This document shows positions 25,885-34,041 of a stretch of 64,000 bases of DNA, piece after piece. The stretch is taken from positions 2,429 through 66,428 of the forward strand of contig JASHPT010000012.1 in NCBI GenBank assembly GCA_030037955.1. Reading direction: 5' to 3'. The stretch's first letter is position 1, and every line of letters begins with the position of its first letter. The notes under the pieces are model-generated. The model saw nothing but the letters and a program-made list of their open reading frames with translations, ran no database searches and was not told where the DNA came from. Both the position numbers and the translations under genes were made by a program. Source of the DNA: Thermoplasmata archaeon. GTDB lineage: Archaea > Thermoplasmatota > Thermoplasmata > Lutacidiplasmatales > UBA184.

Positions 25885-26230
25885 CTCTCTTCTCCGCCCC
25901 CGCTACCTCGGGGTCGAGGTGGCGGGGGACCCCTCTTTTTCTCCGAAGCGCCTCCTCCAGTGGCTCGCCGACCGGCTCTCCGACAGCGGGAGCCCGCCGA
26001 CGCTCCGGATCGTTCGCGTGGAGGGTCGTCGCGCGGTCGTGAGCCTCCCCCATACCTGGGTCCGGGCGGCCCGCGCCCAGTGGAACGGACGGTGGACGGC
26101 GGCGGACGGCACCCCGGTAGAAGTCCAGACGGTGCGGACCTGGGGGACCCTGGTGGGTGCGAAGCAGTGGCTGCGGCGACGGGACCCCTCCATCGAGGTC
26201 GGGGCTCTTAAATACGGGCGCCGGCCGTAA
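25850..26230 (+). CDS. RNase P protein component Pop5-like (Rpp14/Rnp2 family), tentative
   Basis: LRPRYLGVEV...TLRIVRVEGRRAVVSLPH...VQTVRTWGTLVGAKQWL resembles the archaeal Pop5 pattern (RYIAFEV ... IIRC ... VLGVSGTIK). It overlaps the ftsZ 3' end by 35 nt. No alternative start lies downstream of the ftsZ stop. Confidence 0.4.
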   Translation: MSLKRSSTSYGNSLLRPRYLGVEVAGDPSFSPKRLLQWLADRLSDSGSPPTLRIVRVEGRRAVVSLPHTWVRAARAQWNGRWTAADGTPVEVQTVRTWGTLVGAKQWLRRRDPSIEVGALKYGRRP

Positions 26231-26254
26231 ATTACCGGGCCGTCCGGTCCCCTT

Positions 26255-27793
26255 ATGCGTCGTGGTTGGAGGCTCCTCCGTCAGCACGGTCGTCGCGCAC
26301 GCTCGGCGCAGGTCAGCGCCGTGGCGACGCTGCTGGCCCTGATGCTCTTCGTCTCGTTCCTCGCGACCTTCGTGTTCGGGGAGTTGCCCTCGCAGATGGG
26401 CACGCAGGAGTTCCTGCACCAGTCCCAGGTCGAGGACCAGCTCGGGCGTCTCCAGGACTCGGTGATCGAAGCCGCCAACGCTCTCAACGGGAACGGCTCG
26501 AGCTACCTCTCGAACCCGGTCACCCTCAACTCCGGCGGCGTGCCTCCGTTCGGGACTCCCTCCACGGGCAGCATCGTGGTCGAGCCCACCTACGTCGGCG
26601 CGACCGCCGCCTTTGGGGTCTCGAACGTCACCGCCGCCAACGTCGGGTGGGGCCACGGCTCCTCGTGTTTCTCGACCGGGAGCGGAACCTGCACGACGGG
26701 CTCCGGGACGGAGGTCTACAACTTCTCGGGGAACAAGAGCACCGTCAGTCCCACCATCGCGGGCTGCGCGGCGGCGGGCTGCTCGGTCGTGTTTAACGTG
26801 ACGGGCAACTCGAATGCGCTCACGGTGACGCTGACCGGGGCGGCGATCAAGACGGTCCTCGTCCAGGTTTCCGGCAACTGGGACAACCTGACGCTCTCGG
26901 ACGGCGGGACCTGTAACCTCCACCAGAGCGTGGCCGTGGTCTTCTCCGGAAACAACGATAGCTACACGCTCACGATGACCGGGTGCACGACCGGACTCGG
27001 CGCCAATCTCAACACCACCTTCGTCGGCTCGTCGGGGTCGCTGTGCCCGTACGGGAACGCCGCCAGCTCGGACACGTGGAAGGGGGCGACCTGGGGATCC
27101 TCCACCGGGATCTTCCAGAACCTGACCTGGCAGAACGCCTTCGGCATCACCTCGCCGGAGAACTCGATCCCGGCGAACGGGGGCCACAACCACGTGACCT
27201 TCTCGAACCAGAGCGGCTACTTCCAGTGCCTGTTCACCACCGCGCAGACGAGCGGACCGTACACGCTCCACTTCCTCTCCGGGGTGCGGGTCCAGCTCAA
27301 CAATCGGTACACGCCCGTCACGTCGGTGGCCTACGACCAGGGCGCCGTCATCCTGGGACAGCAGAACGGGGGCTCGATCATGATCGACCCCCCGCAGTCC
27401 TCGTACGTGCAGCAGCCGTTCGGCGTCTCCTACGCGATCACGCTGGTGAGTCTCGTCGGGTCGACCGGCGCCGCGTCGGGGCTCGGCACCGTGGCCGTCG
27501 TCTCGAGCATCCTCTCCGAGCAGACGTACAACATCATCGACGGTCGGCACTCCAACACGTACCTGCCCTACATCTACCTCAACTTCACGACGGCGTTCCC
27601 GCAGGCCTGGGCCACCTACTTCTCGCACCAGACCGTCATCGACCCGGCCGGCGTGACCTGCACCCCGGGCCCGGGCGGTACGGTGGCGAACTGCCTCACC
27701 CCGCAGAACAACGGGCTCTCCACGATCTCGGTACCGATCAACGCGAGCGAGTTCACGCTCAACATCATCGTCGCGCAGGTCAGCATCGGCTGA
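26255..27793 (+). CDS. secreted/cell-surface protein with pilin-like N-terminal signal, rich in N-glycosylation sequons
   Basis: N-terminus RRARSAQVSAVATLLALMLFVSFLATFVF (class III-like signal). Numerous N-x-S/T sequons (NGS, NVT, NFS, NKS, NLT, NDS, NTT, NQS, NFT, NAS) and paired cysteines. Gly/Ser/Thr-rich. GC is lower than in the flanks. Confidence 0.7.
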   Translation: MRRGWRLLRQHGRRARSAQVSAVATLLALMLFVSFLATFVFGELPSQMGTQEFLHQSQVEDQLGRLQDSVIEAANALNGNGSSYLSNPVTLNSGGVPPFGTPSTGSIVVEPTYVGATAAFGVSNVTAANVGWGHGSSCFSTGSGTCTTGSGTEVYNFSGNKSTVSPTIAGCAAAGCSVVFNVTGNSNALTVTLTGAAIKTVLVQVSGNWDNLTLSDGGTCNLHQSVAVVFSGNNDSYTLTMTGCTTGLGANLNTTFVGSSGSLCPYGNAASSDTWKGATWGSSTGIFQNLTWQNAFGITSPENSIPANGGHNHVTFSNQSGYFQCLFTTAQTSGPYTLHFLSGVRVQLNNRYTPVTSVAYDQGAVILGQQNGGSIMIDPPQSSYVQQPFGVSYAITLVSLVGSTGAASGLGTVAVVSSILSEQTYNIIDGRHSNTYLPYIYLNFTTAFPQAWATYFSHQTVIDPAGVTCTPGPGGTVANCLTPQNNGLSTISVPINASEFTLNIIVAQVSIG

Positions 27794-27854
27794 CGGTCCG
27801 CCGCCGCACGACACCCTTATGGCCGTCGTTTCCTCCCCGTAGGGGAGCGAATCG

Positions 27855-29426
27855 GTGCCATCCGAGATCGACGGTCTCGTCCGGGTCCGACGAGCTCTTT
27901 TCAGCACCTCCGACCCCCGGGGGCTGGCCTCCCTGGCCCGGACCCTCGCGCGCTTCGACGTCGAGCTGGTCGCGACCGAAGGAACCCGCCGGCACCTGAC
28001 CCAGGAGGGCATTGCGAGCCGTCCGGCCGAGGAGCTCACGGGGGTCGGGGCCTGGTTCGGCGGCCGTCTCAAGACGCTCCATCCGGGCCTGCTCGGGGGG
28101 ATCCTGGCCCCCCGGTCACCGGCCGGCGAGCAGGAGCTCGAGGAGCGGCACCTCGTGCCCATCGACCTGGTCGCCGTGAACTTCTATCCGTTTGAGCAGC
28201 GGGTCCGGCCCGGTTCCCCCGACCACGAGATCGCCGAGAACATCGACATCGGCGGGGTGACCCTGGTCCGGGCCGCCGCGAAGAACTTCGAATCGGTCGT
28301 CGTCGCGAGCGATCCGGACGACTATCCGGCGCTGGAGGAGGAGCTCAAGCGGGAGACAGGTCGTGTGTCGGCGGCGACCCGACGCTCGCTGGCCGCCCGT
28401 GCCTTCGCCCGCACCGAACGGTACGACCGGGGGATCGGGGCCATCGTACGTGGCACTCCCGACGGCGACGGCGTGTCATTCCCCGAGACGCTGAGCTGGG
28501 CTCGCAGCGACCTATCGCTCCGGTACGGGGAGAACCCGCATCAGCGCGCGGCCGCATACGTCCCGACCGACCCCGGCCTCGTCCCGCTGACGCCGCCGTC
28601 CCTCGAGGTCCTCCAGGGTGGGGGCCTCTCGTACACCAACCTGCTGGACCTGGACACGGCGCTCGCGGCGGTGGCGGAGTTCGCCGAGCCGGCGGCGGCG
28701 GTCGTGAAGCATGCCACGCCCTCCGGCGTCGCGTGTGGCCCCACCCTGCGGGAGGCCCTCACGCGGGCCGTGGAGACGGACCCCGTCGCCCGGTACGGCT
28801 GCGCGATCGCGGTGAACCGGCCTCTCGAGGCGAGCGACTTCGAGCCGCTGCACGGGATCTTCGTGGACCTGCTCTCGGCCCCGTCCCTGACGGACGGCGC
28901 ACGGGCGGCGGCGGCCCGGCGGGCGAAACTCAAGCTGGTCCGGACCCCGGTGCCGGATATCCACGCCACCGGCTGGGAGGCGAAGAGTGCGGTGGGCCGG
29001 CTGCTCCTGCAGGAGGTCGACCGACGTGCGCTGACCGTCGGGGAGCTGCGCTGCGTGACGACCCGGACCGCGACCGCGGAAGAACTGGAGTCGCTGATCT
29101 TCGCCTGGAGGGTCGTGCGGCATGCCAAGTCGAACGCGATCGTGCTGGCGAGCGGCCAGCGGACGGTCGGCATCGGCAGCGGGCAGCCGACGCGGGTGAA
29201 GGCCGTGGAGCTCGCGGTGGAGGTGGCCGGCCCGCAGGCCGCCGGCTCGGTCCTGGCCTCGGACGCTTTCTTCCCCTTCGCCGACGGCGTGGAGGTCGCG
29301 GGCCGCGCCGGCATCCGGGCGATCCTACAGCCCGGCGGCAGTCTGCGGGATCCCGAGGTCATCGCGGTGGCGGACCGGGCCGGCCTGGCGATGTACTTCA
29401 CCGGCTGGCGGGTCTTCCGTCACTGA
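27855..29426 (+). CDS. purH: bifunctional AICAR transformylase / IMP cyclohydrolase PurH
   Basis: N-terminal MGS-like domain VRRALFSTSDPRGLASLARTLARFDVELVATEGT plus a C-terminal AICARFT domain. 523 aa. Confidence 0.9.
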   Translation: MPSEIDGLVRVRRALFSTSDPRGLASLARTLARFDVELVATEGTRRHLTQEGIASRPAEELTGVGAWFGGRLKTLHPGLLGGILAPRSPAGEQELEERHLVPIDLVAVNFYPFEQRVRPGSPDHEIAENIDIGGVTLVRAAAKNFESVVVASDPDDYPALEEELKRETGRVSAATRRSLAARAFARTERYDRGIGAIVRGTPDGDGVSFPETLSWARSDLSLRYGENPHQRAAAYVPTDPGLVPLTPPSLEVLQGGGLSYTNLLDLDTALAAVAEFAEPAAAVVKHATPSGVACGPTLREALTRAVETDPVARYGCAIAVNRPLEASDFEPLHGIFVDLLSAPSLTDGARAAAARRAKLKLVRTPVPDIHATGWEAKSAVGRLLLQEVDRRALTVGELRCVTTRTATAEELESLIFAWRVVRHAKSNAIVLASGQRTVGIGSGQPTRVKAVELAVEVAGPQAAGSVLASDAFFPFADGVEVAGRAGIRAILQPGGSLRDPEVIAVADRAGLAMYFTGWRVFRH

Positions 29427-29439
29427 GGGCCGGCCGCGG

Positions 29440-29772
29440 CTACTCGAACGAGAAGTGCTTCTGCAGGATCGACCGCAGCTCGCGCGGACCCACGATACCC
29501 ACCTCGCGGCCCTTCTCCCGTCCTTCGTCCAGGAACACGTAGGTCGGGATCGTGTGGATCCCGAACAGGTTGGCCACGGTCGCCGAGTCGTTGACATTCA
29601 CCTTGGCGAACTTGACCCGCCCGGTCAGGGACTGGGAGAGCGACTCGAGGGAGACCTCGGCGGCGCGGGACGGAACGCTCCAGTCGGCGTAAAAGTCCAC
29701 GACGACCGGCAAGCGGGACCGGATCACCTCGTCCTCGAAGGTGTCGTCGGTCACCAGCAGGATCCCGCTCAT
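29440..29772 (-). CDS. thioredoxin-fold protein with serine-substituted active site (WSVPS instead of WCGPC)
   Basis: 110 aa MSGILLVTDDTFEDEVIRSRLPVVVDFYADWSVPSRAAE...KFAKVNVNDSATVANLFGIHTIPTYVF is an unmistakable Trx fold. Both redox cysteines are replaced by Ser. The start ATG at 29772 was found by codon count (M67 of the 176-aa ORF). Confidence 0.75.
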   Translation of the reverse strand: MSGILLVTDDTFEDEVIRSRLPVVVDFYADWSVPSRAAEVSLESLSQSLTGRVKFAKVNVNDSATVANLFGIHTIPTYVFLDEGREKGREVGIVGPRELRSILQKHFSFE

Positions 29773-29817
29773 CACGCGTTGCCCATCGTCGCCGACGCGC
29801 GTTCGAGTTCGGGGTCG

Positions 29818-29827
29818 ATTATAGCCT
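29818..29827 (+). promoter_or_regulatory. TATA box (gattatagcc) upstream of mutY, in a divergent spacer with the trx-like gene
   Basis: 27 nt upstream of the mutY GTG at 29849. Confidence 0.5.
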
Positions 29828-29848
29828 TGTGGTTCGTGCGGCAGCTCC

Positions 29849-30979
29849 GTGCGTCGGCGGAGCCGATCTCTTCGCGCCGCCCGTTCCCTCGGGGCCGACG
29901 CGCGCGTCCGGGCCCTGCTCGACTGGTTCCCGGACCACCGGCGCCCCCTTCCGTGGCGCCGACGACGCACGCCGTACCGGGTATGGGTCTCGGAAGTGAT
30001 GCTCCAGCAGACGCGGGTCGCCCAGGCGGTCCCGTACTTCGAGCGCTTCCTGCGTCGGTTCCCGAGCCTCCGGGTCCTGGCGGCCGCATCCGAGGAGCAG
30101 GTCTTGAAGGTCTGGGAGGGCGCCGGCTACTACGCCCGGGCCCGGAACCTCCATCGAGCGGCCCGTCAGCTGGTTCGTGAGCAGGGGGGTCGCATCCCGC
30201 GACGGTCCGCGGAGTTGCGGAAGCTGCCGGGCGTCGGGCCGTACATCGCGGCCGCCGTCGCCAGCCTGGCCTACGGCGAGCCCATCCTGGCGCTCGACTC
30301 CAACGGGCGACGCGTTCTGGCCCGCTGGACGCTCGAGCGCTCTGACCCGTCGTCGGCGAGGTTCTCCCGGCGCCTCGAACGCTGGGCCGTCCGCCACGTC
30401 CCGCCTGAGCGACTAGGGGAGTTCAACGAGGCGCTGATGGAACTCGGTGAGACCCTCTGCCGACCCACGGGGCCGCAGTGTGCCGTGTGCCCCGCGGCAT
30501 CCGCGTGCCGGGCCCGGCAGGAGCTGCCCGACCCGGGAGCGATTCCGTCCCGCCGACGGCGTGGACCCAAGCCCCTGGTGGTCGGCGCCGTCACCGCGAT
30601 CGAGCGCAGGGGACGCTGGCTGGTGCTGCGTCGGCCGTCGGCCGGTCTGCTCGGAGGACTCTGGGAGTTTCCCGGCGGGAAGCTGGAGCCCGGAGAGAGC
30701 CCGGAGGCCGCCGGACGCCGGGAGCTTCGAGAGGAGACCGGCCTCACCGTGGGCGTGTTGGAGCCCGTGGCGACCGTCCGCCACGAGTACAGTCACTTCC
30801 GGGTCGCCCTGCACCTGTTCCGGTCCCGGTCTCCCCGGGGGAGGCTCCGGGTCCGGGGCCGGCGGCATCGCTGGGTCGGCATGAGGGAACTCCGGCGGCT
30901 CCCCCTGCCCCGGGCCACGCTCAAGATGATCCCCTTCCTGCGACCGGCCCGGGACCCGGGTAGAGTTTCCCGGGGTTGA
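29849..30979 (+). CDS. mutY: A/G-specific adenine DNA glycosylase MutY (HhH-GPD, 4Fe-4S loop and C-terminal NUDIX-like domain)
   Basis: Motifs PYRVWVSEVMLQQTRV, LPGVGPYIAAAV, and the C..C..C..C cluster CRPTGPQCAVCPAASAC. The C-terminus has GGLWEFPGGKLEPGES...GRRELREETG. GTG start 27 nt downstream of the TATA gattatagcc (29818-29827). Confidence 0.85.
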   Translation: MRRRSRSLRAARSLGADARVRALLDWFPDHRRPLPWRRRRTPYRVWVSEVMLQQTRVAQAVPYFERFLRRFPSLRVLAAASEEQVLKVWEGAGYYARARNLHRAARQLVREQGGRIPRRSAELRKLPGVGPYIAAAVASLAYGEPILALDSNGRRVLARWTLERSDPSSARFSRRLERWAVRHVPPERLGEFNEALMELGETLCRPTGPQCAVCPAASACRARQELPDPGAIPSRRRRGPKPLVVGAVTAIERRGRWLVLRRPSAGLLGGLWEFPGGKLEPGESPEAAGRRELREETGLTVGVLEPVATVRHEYSHFRVALHLFRSRSPRGRLRVRGRRHRWVGMRELRRLPLPRATLKMIPFLRPARDPGRVSRG

Positions 30980-32309
30980 GGATACCGTCCGGGTCACAAC
31001 GTCGCTTGAACGCCTCGAGCAGCGATACCCCCACGTCCCCGTGCTCGAGGACGAGGTAGGGAGCCTTCACGAGGCCGACGCCGTGCTCGGCGCTGATGGT
31101 CCCGCCGAGTCGCTTGGTGAGCTCGAGCAGCTCCCGTCGGACGGTCGTCGCCCGCTCGGAGGCCGGGTCGAGGACGAAGCCGGGGTGGAGATTGCCATCG
31201 CCGAGGTGACCGAACAGCCGGGTCGGGACCTCGTGCCGGGCGCCGATCGCCTTGGTCCCCTCGATGAGCTCGTCGAGCCGGGACCACGGCACCGCGATGT
31301 CCTCGTGGATCCGCACACCCTCTTGCTCGATCGCATCGCCGCTCTGCCCCCGCAGTGTCCAGAGCTGGTCGGCGTCCGGAAAGACGACCGGGTCGCCGGA
31401 GAAGCCTGACCCGGCGAGCCGTTCCGCGGCGCGTTCAAGGTCCCGTTCCTCGTCGGCGACGGTCGTCTCCAGCTCGAGCAGGACGAGTGCACTGTCGCCC
31501 GGCAGGCGTCCCGAGGCGAATCGGCTGAGCGCGGCGGCGGTCGACCGGTCGAGGTACTCGATCGCCGCGAAGGCCGGAGCCGGGGAGGCCAGCAACCGGG
31601 GCAGGGTGGTTCGGAACGAAAGGTCGTCCGGGACGGGGAGCACCAGGCCGACCCGGCGCTCGGGCGTCGGAGCGAGGGACAGCGTGATCTCGGTGAACAG
31701 GCCGAGCGTTCCCTCGCTCCCGACGAAGAAGCCGAGGAGGTCCGGCCCGGTGGACGCCTTTCGCGTCCGATGGCCCACCCGCAGGAACTCGCCGGTACCG
31801 AGGACGACCTCGATGCCCCGGACCCAGGCCCGTGTGGAGCCGTAGCGGAGCGACCGGGGGCCGGAGGCATTGGTCGCCGTGTTTCCGCCGATGGTCGACA
31901 TCGCCCACGAGCCCGGATTCGGGGGAAAGAACAGTCCGTGTGGGAGCAGGGCCCGGTGAAGTTCCCGGTTCACGAGACCCGGACCCACTCGGACCAGGCG
32001 GTCCGCCTCGTCGACCTCGAGGATGCGGGTCCAGCCGGAGAAGTCCACGACGACGCCACCGGGCGGCGGGACGGACTCGCCGTCGAGCGAACTGCCACCC
32101 CCGCGGCCGACCAGAGGGACCTTCCATCGCCGGGCCCACTGCACGATCCGCTCGACGTCCTCCCGGTCCCGGGGAGCCACGGCGGCGGCCGGCGTCCCCA
32201 CGAGGTGCGAGGCATCGCTCGCGAACCGAGTGAGCGCCTCAGGATCGTCGGTGATCGTACCCGCCACCTCGTCCCGCAGCGCCGCCGCCGAGGAGGGAGA
32301 CAGAGGCAC
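30921..32309 (-). CDS. FAD-linked oxidase (GlcD / D-lactate dehydrogenase family)
   Basis: FAD-binding PCMH domain (VVDFSGWTRILEVDEADRLVRVGPGLVNRELHRAL; GGNTATNASG) plus the C-terminal FAD-oxidase domain (HLGDGNLH). Confidence 0.8.
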   Translation of the reverse strand: MPLSPSSAAALRDEVAGTITDDPEALTRFASDASHLVGTPAAAVAPRDREDVERIVQWARRWKVPLVGRGGGSSLDGESVPPPGGVVVDFSGWTRILEVDEADRLVRVGPGLVNRELHRALLPHGLFFPPNPGSWAMSTIGGNTATNASGPRSLRYGSTRAWVRGIEVVLGTGEFLRVGHRTRKASTGPDLLGFFVGSEGTLGLFTEITLSLAPTPERRVGLVLPVPDDLSFRTTLPRLLASPAPAFAAIEYLDRSTAAALSRFASGRLPGDSALVLLELETTVADEERDLERAAERLAGSGFSGDPVVFPDADQLWTLRGQSGDAIEQEGVRIHEDIAVPWSRLDELIEGTKAIGARHEVPTRLFGHLGDGNLHPGFVLDPASERATTVRRELLELTKRLGGTISAEHGVGLVKAPYLVLEHGDVGVSLLEAFKRRCDPDGILNPGKLYPGPGPVAGRGSS

Positions 32310-32363
32310 GGGGGCCCGGAGCGACCCACCGAGATAGGGCTGACGCCCGAACGTGGCGGGGTC

Positions 32364-32819
32364 TCACGGAGGCGCCGGCGTGTCCGGGCCGGCGGGCGCG
32401 GTCGGTTCTGCCGGCCCCGACGGGGCGGCGGGCGGGGCGGGCGGCGGTGTGCTCGGAGGAGCCGAGGGAGACGGGCTGACCGCGTTGAGCAGCTCCTGGA
32501 TCGCGAACGGCCGTCGTACCAGGGCCGCCACCCCGAGGGAGCGGGCCTGCGTGTCCAGCCGGGCCGACCGGGTCGGCGTGAGGAGCACGACTCGGGTTCC
32601 GGCGTTGGCCCGCAGGACCTCCGGGAGGAACTCGTGCCAGCTCGGCTCCTTGAGGTCGGTGTCGACCAGCAGCACTGGGTCGGGGACCTGGCGCAGCATC
32701 TCCAGAGCCTGGGGGGCGGAGGCGGTGGCGCCGACGATCCGATGCTGGTGCAGCCGGAGCAATCCCCGGAGGATCAGCTGGGCCTCCTCGGTGCCGCCGA
32801 CGATCACGACGTTCGCCAT
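32364..32819 (-). CDS. CheY-like receiver (REC) domain protein with Pro-rich C-terminal tail
   Basis: MANVVIVGGTEEAQLILRGLL...PVLLVDTDL...TRVVLLT fits the REC fold with a candidate phospho-acceptor Asp. The acidic pocket and Lys positions are atypical. No output domain. Confidence 0.55.
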   Translation of the reverse strand: MANVVIVGGTEEAQLILRGLLRLHQHRIVGATASAPQALEMLRQVPDPVLLVDTDLKEPSWHEFLPEVLRANAGTRVVLLTPTRSARLDTQARSLGVAALVRRPFAIQELLNAVSPSPSAPPSTPPPAPPAAPSGPAEPTAPAGPDTPAPP

Positions 32820-33108
32820 CGGCTCACTGCCCTTCGTGCGTCGGCTCGCTCCTCTCGGCTCTCGTCCCGAGGACCCTCCCGGAGAGTCCGCGCCGGAGCC
32901 CGGCTCCGGTCGCTACGGGGTTCGAACGTCGTCCCGCCCGGCGGGCCGGCGTACCGCATCCGAAGGATGCGGGGGTGTCGGCTTGAAGGTTTCGCACGTG
33001 CGGGGGGCCGATGCGGGACACTGGATGCTTCGGTTGCGTCCGACCTCTCGACGGACCCCACGAGGCCCCGGAACCTTGACGGTGGCCACCCTCCGGAGGG
33101 GCCGGTAG

Positions 33109-33116
33109 CTATATAG
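33109..33116 (+). promoter_or_regulatory. TATA box (ctatatag) upstream of a hairpin-forming candidate small RNA
   Basis: Sits in the 450-nt intergenic region between the REC-domain gene and the wHTH/zinc-ribbon gene. A stable stem-loop (33150-33206) and a tttt tract (33213-33216) follow. Confidence 0.4.
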
Positions 33117-33276
33117 TCTCTCGCGGTGTACGTAGGTCGGCCTCGGGTACCGGCGGAAAGCGTCTCTTGGTGGCACCGTCCAAGAGACCGAGAGCCTTTC
33201 CGCCGGGACCCACTTTTGGCCCCGTGATTCTCCTCGAACGATACTTTTTCTACTCCGGTCCGGCCCACGTTATTCG

Positions 33277-34041
33277 GTGCGGCTTCCGTTCTGGCCCCGG
33301 CGAGCTCCGGAGGAGCGGCGGCACGCCATCGCGACCCTGCAGTCGCTCGGCACGACGTCGATCGCGGGCCTGGCGGCGGCACTCTCCTGGTCCGTCCCAC
33401 GGACCGAACGCGTCCTCCAGGAGCTGGTTCGCCACGGTCCTCCCGGACTGATCTACGATTCCCGGTCCGGAACGATACGTTGGGGGACCCCGGCCGCCTC
33501 CCCCGCTCGGTCGACTGCGACCGTGCCCTCCTCCGCCCGTACTCCCGGCTGGATCACCGCCACGGCCCGCAGTTCAGGTCGTTCAGGTCCCGCGCCGGCC
33601 GCCCCCTCCGTCCCGCCACCGGTGACCCCCGAGTCGCGTAGCCGGCCGCCGGTATCCTCACCGGCACGTGCCCCGCCCTCCCCGGCCACCGACTACGCCC
33701 TGCGGGAGTGTACGAAGTGTCACATCCCGCTGGTGCCGACCGGCGCGCCGGAGGAGTTCGCCTGTCCGATGTGCGGTCGCACGGTGACGAGCACCGGGGC
33801 CCGGGTCTCGTCGGCCGCCGCCCGCCCTTCGGCTCCGCCCGGACCCGACCCGAGAATCCAGCAGTTGATCGCCGCCTGGGCCACGGGCCAGCCGGCGCCC
33901 TGCCCCCACTGTCACCAGCCGCTCCGTCACACGGCGGACGGCGAGTTCCGTTGCGGCTCGTGTGGCGCACGGATCTCGTACGGCACGGCCCCGGCCACCG
34001 CCGGAGCCCCGGCCACACCCGCCGCCGGGTCCGCGCTCTAG
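33277..34041 (+). CDS. winged-helix + double zinc-ribbon protein (putative transcription factor)
   Basis: N-terminal wHTH-like AIATLQSLGTTSIAGLAAALSWSVPRTERVLQELVRHG, a Pro/Ser-rich linker, then CTKCHIPL...CPMCGRTV and CPHCHQPL...CGSCGARISYG. GTG start. Confidence 0.5.
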   Translation: MRLPFWPRRAPEERRHAIATLQSLGTTSIAGLAAALSWSVPRTERVLQELVRHGPPGLIYDSRSGTIRWGTPAASPARSTATVPSSARTPGWITATARSSGRSGPAPAAPSVPPPVTPESRSRPPVSSPARAPPSPATDYALRECTKCHIPLVPTGAPEEFACPMCGRTVTSTGARVSSAAARPSAPPGPDPRIQQLIAAWATGQPAPCPHCHQPLRHTADGEFRCGSCGARISYGTAPATAGAPATPAAGSAL

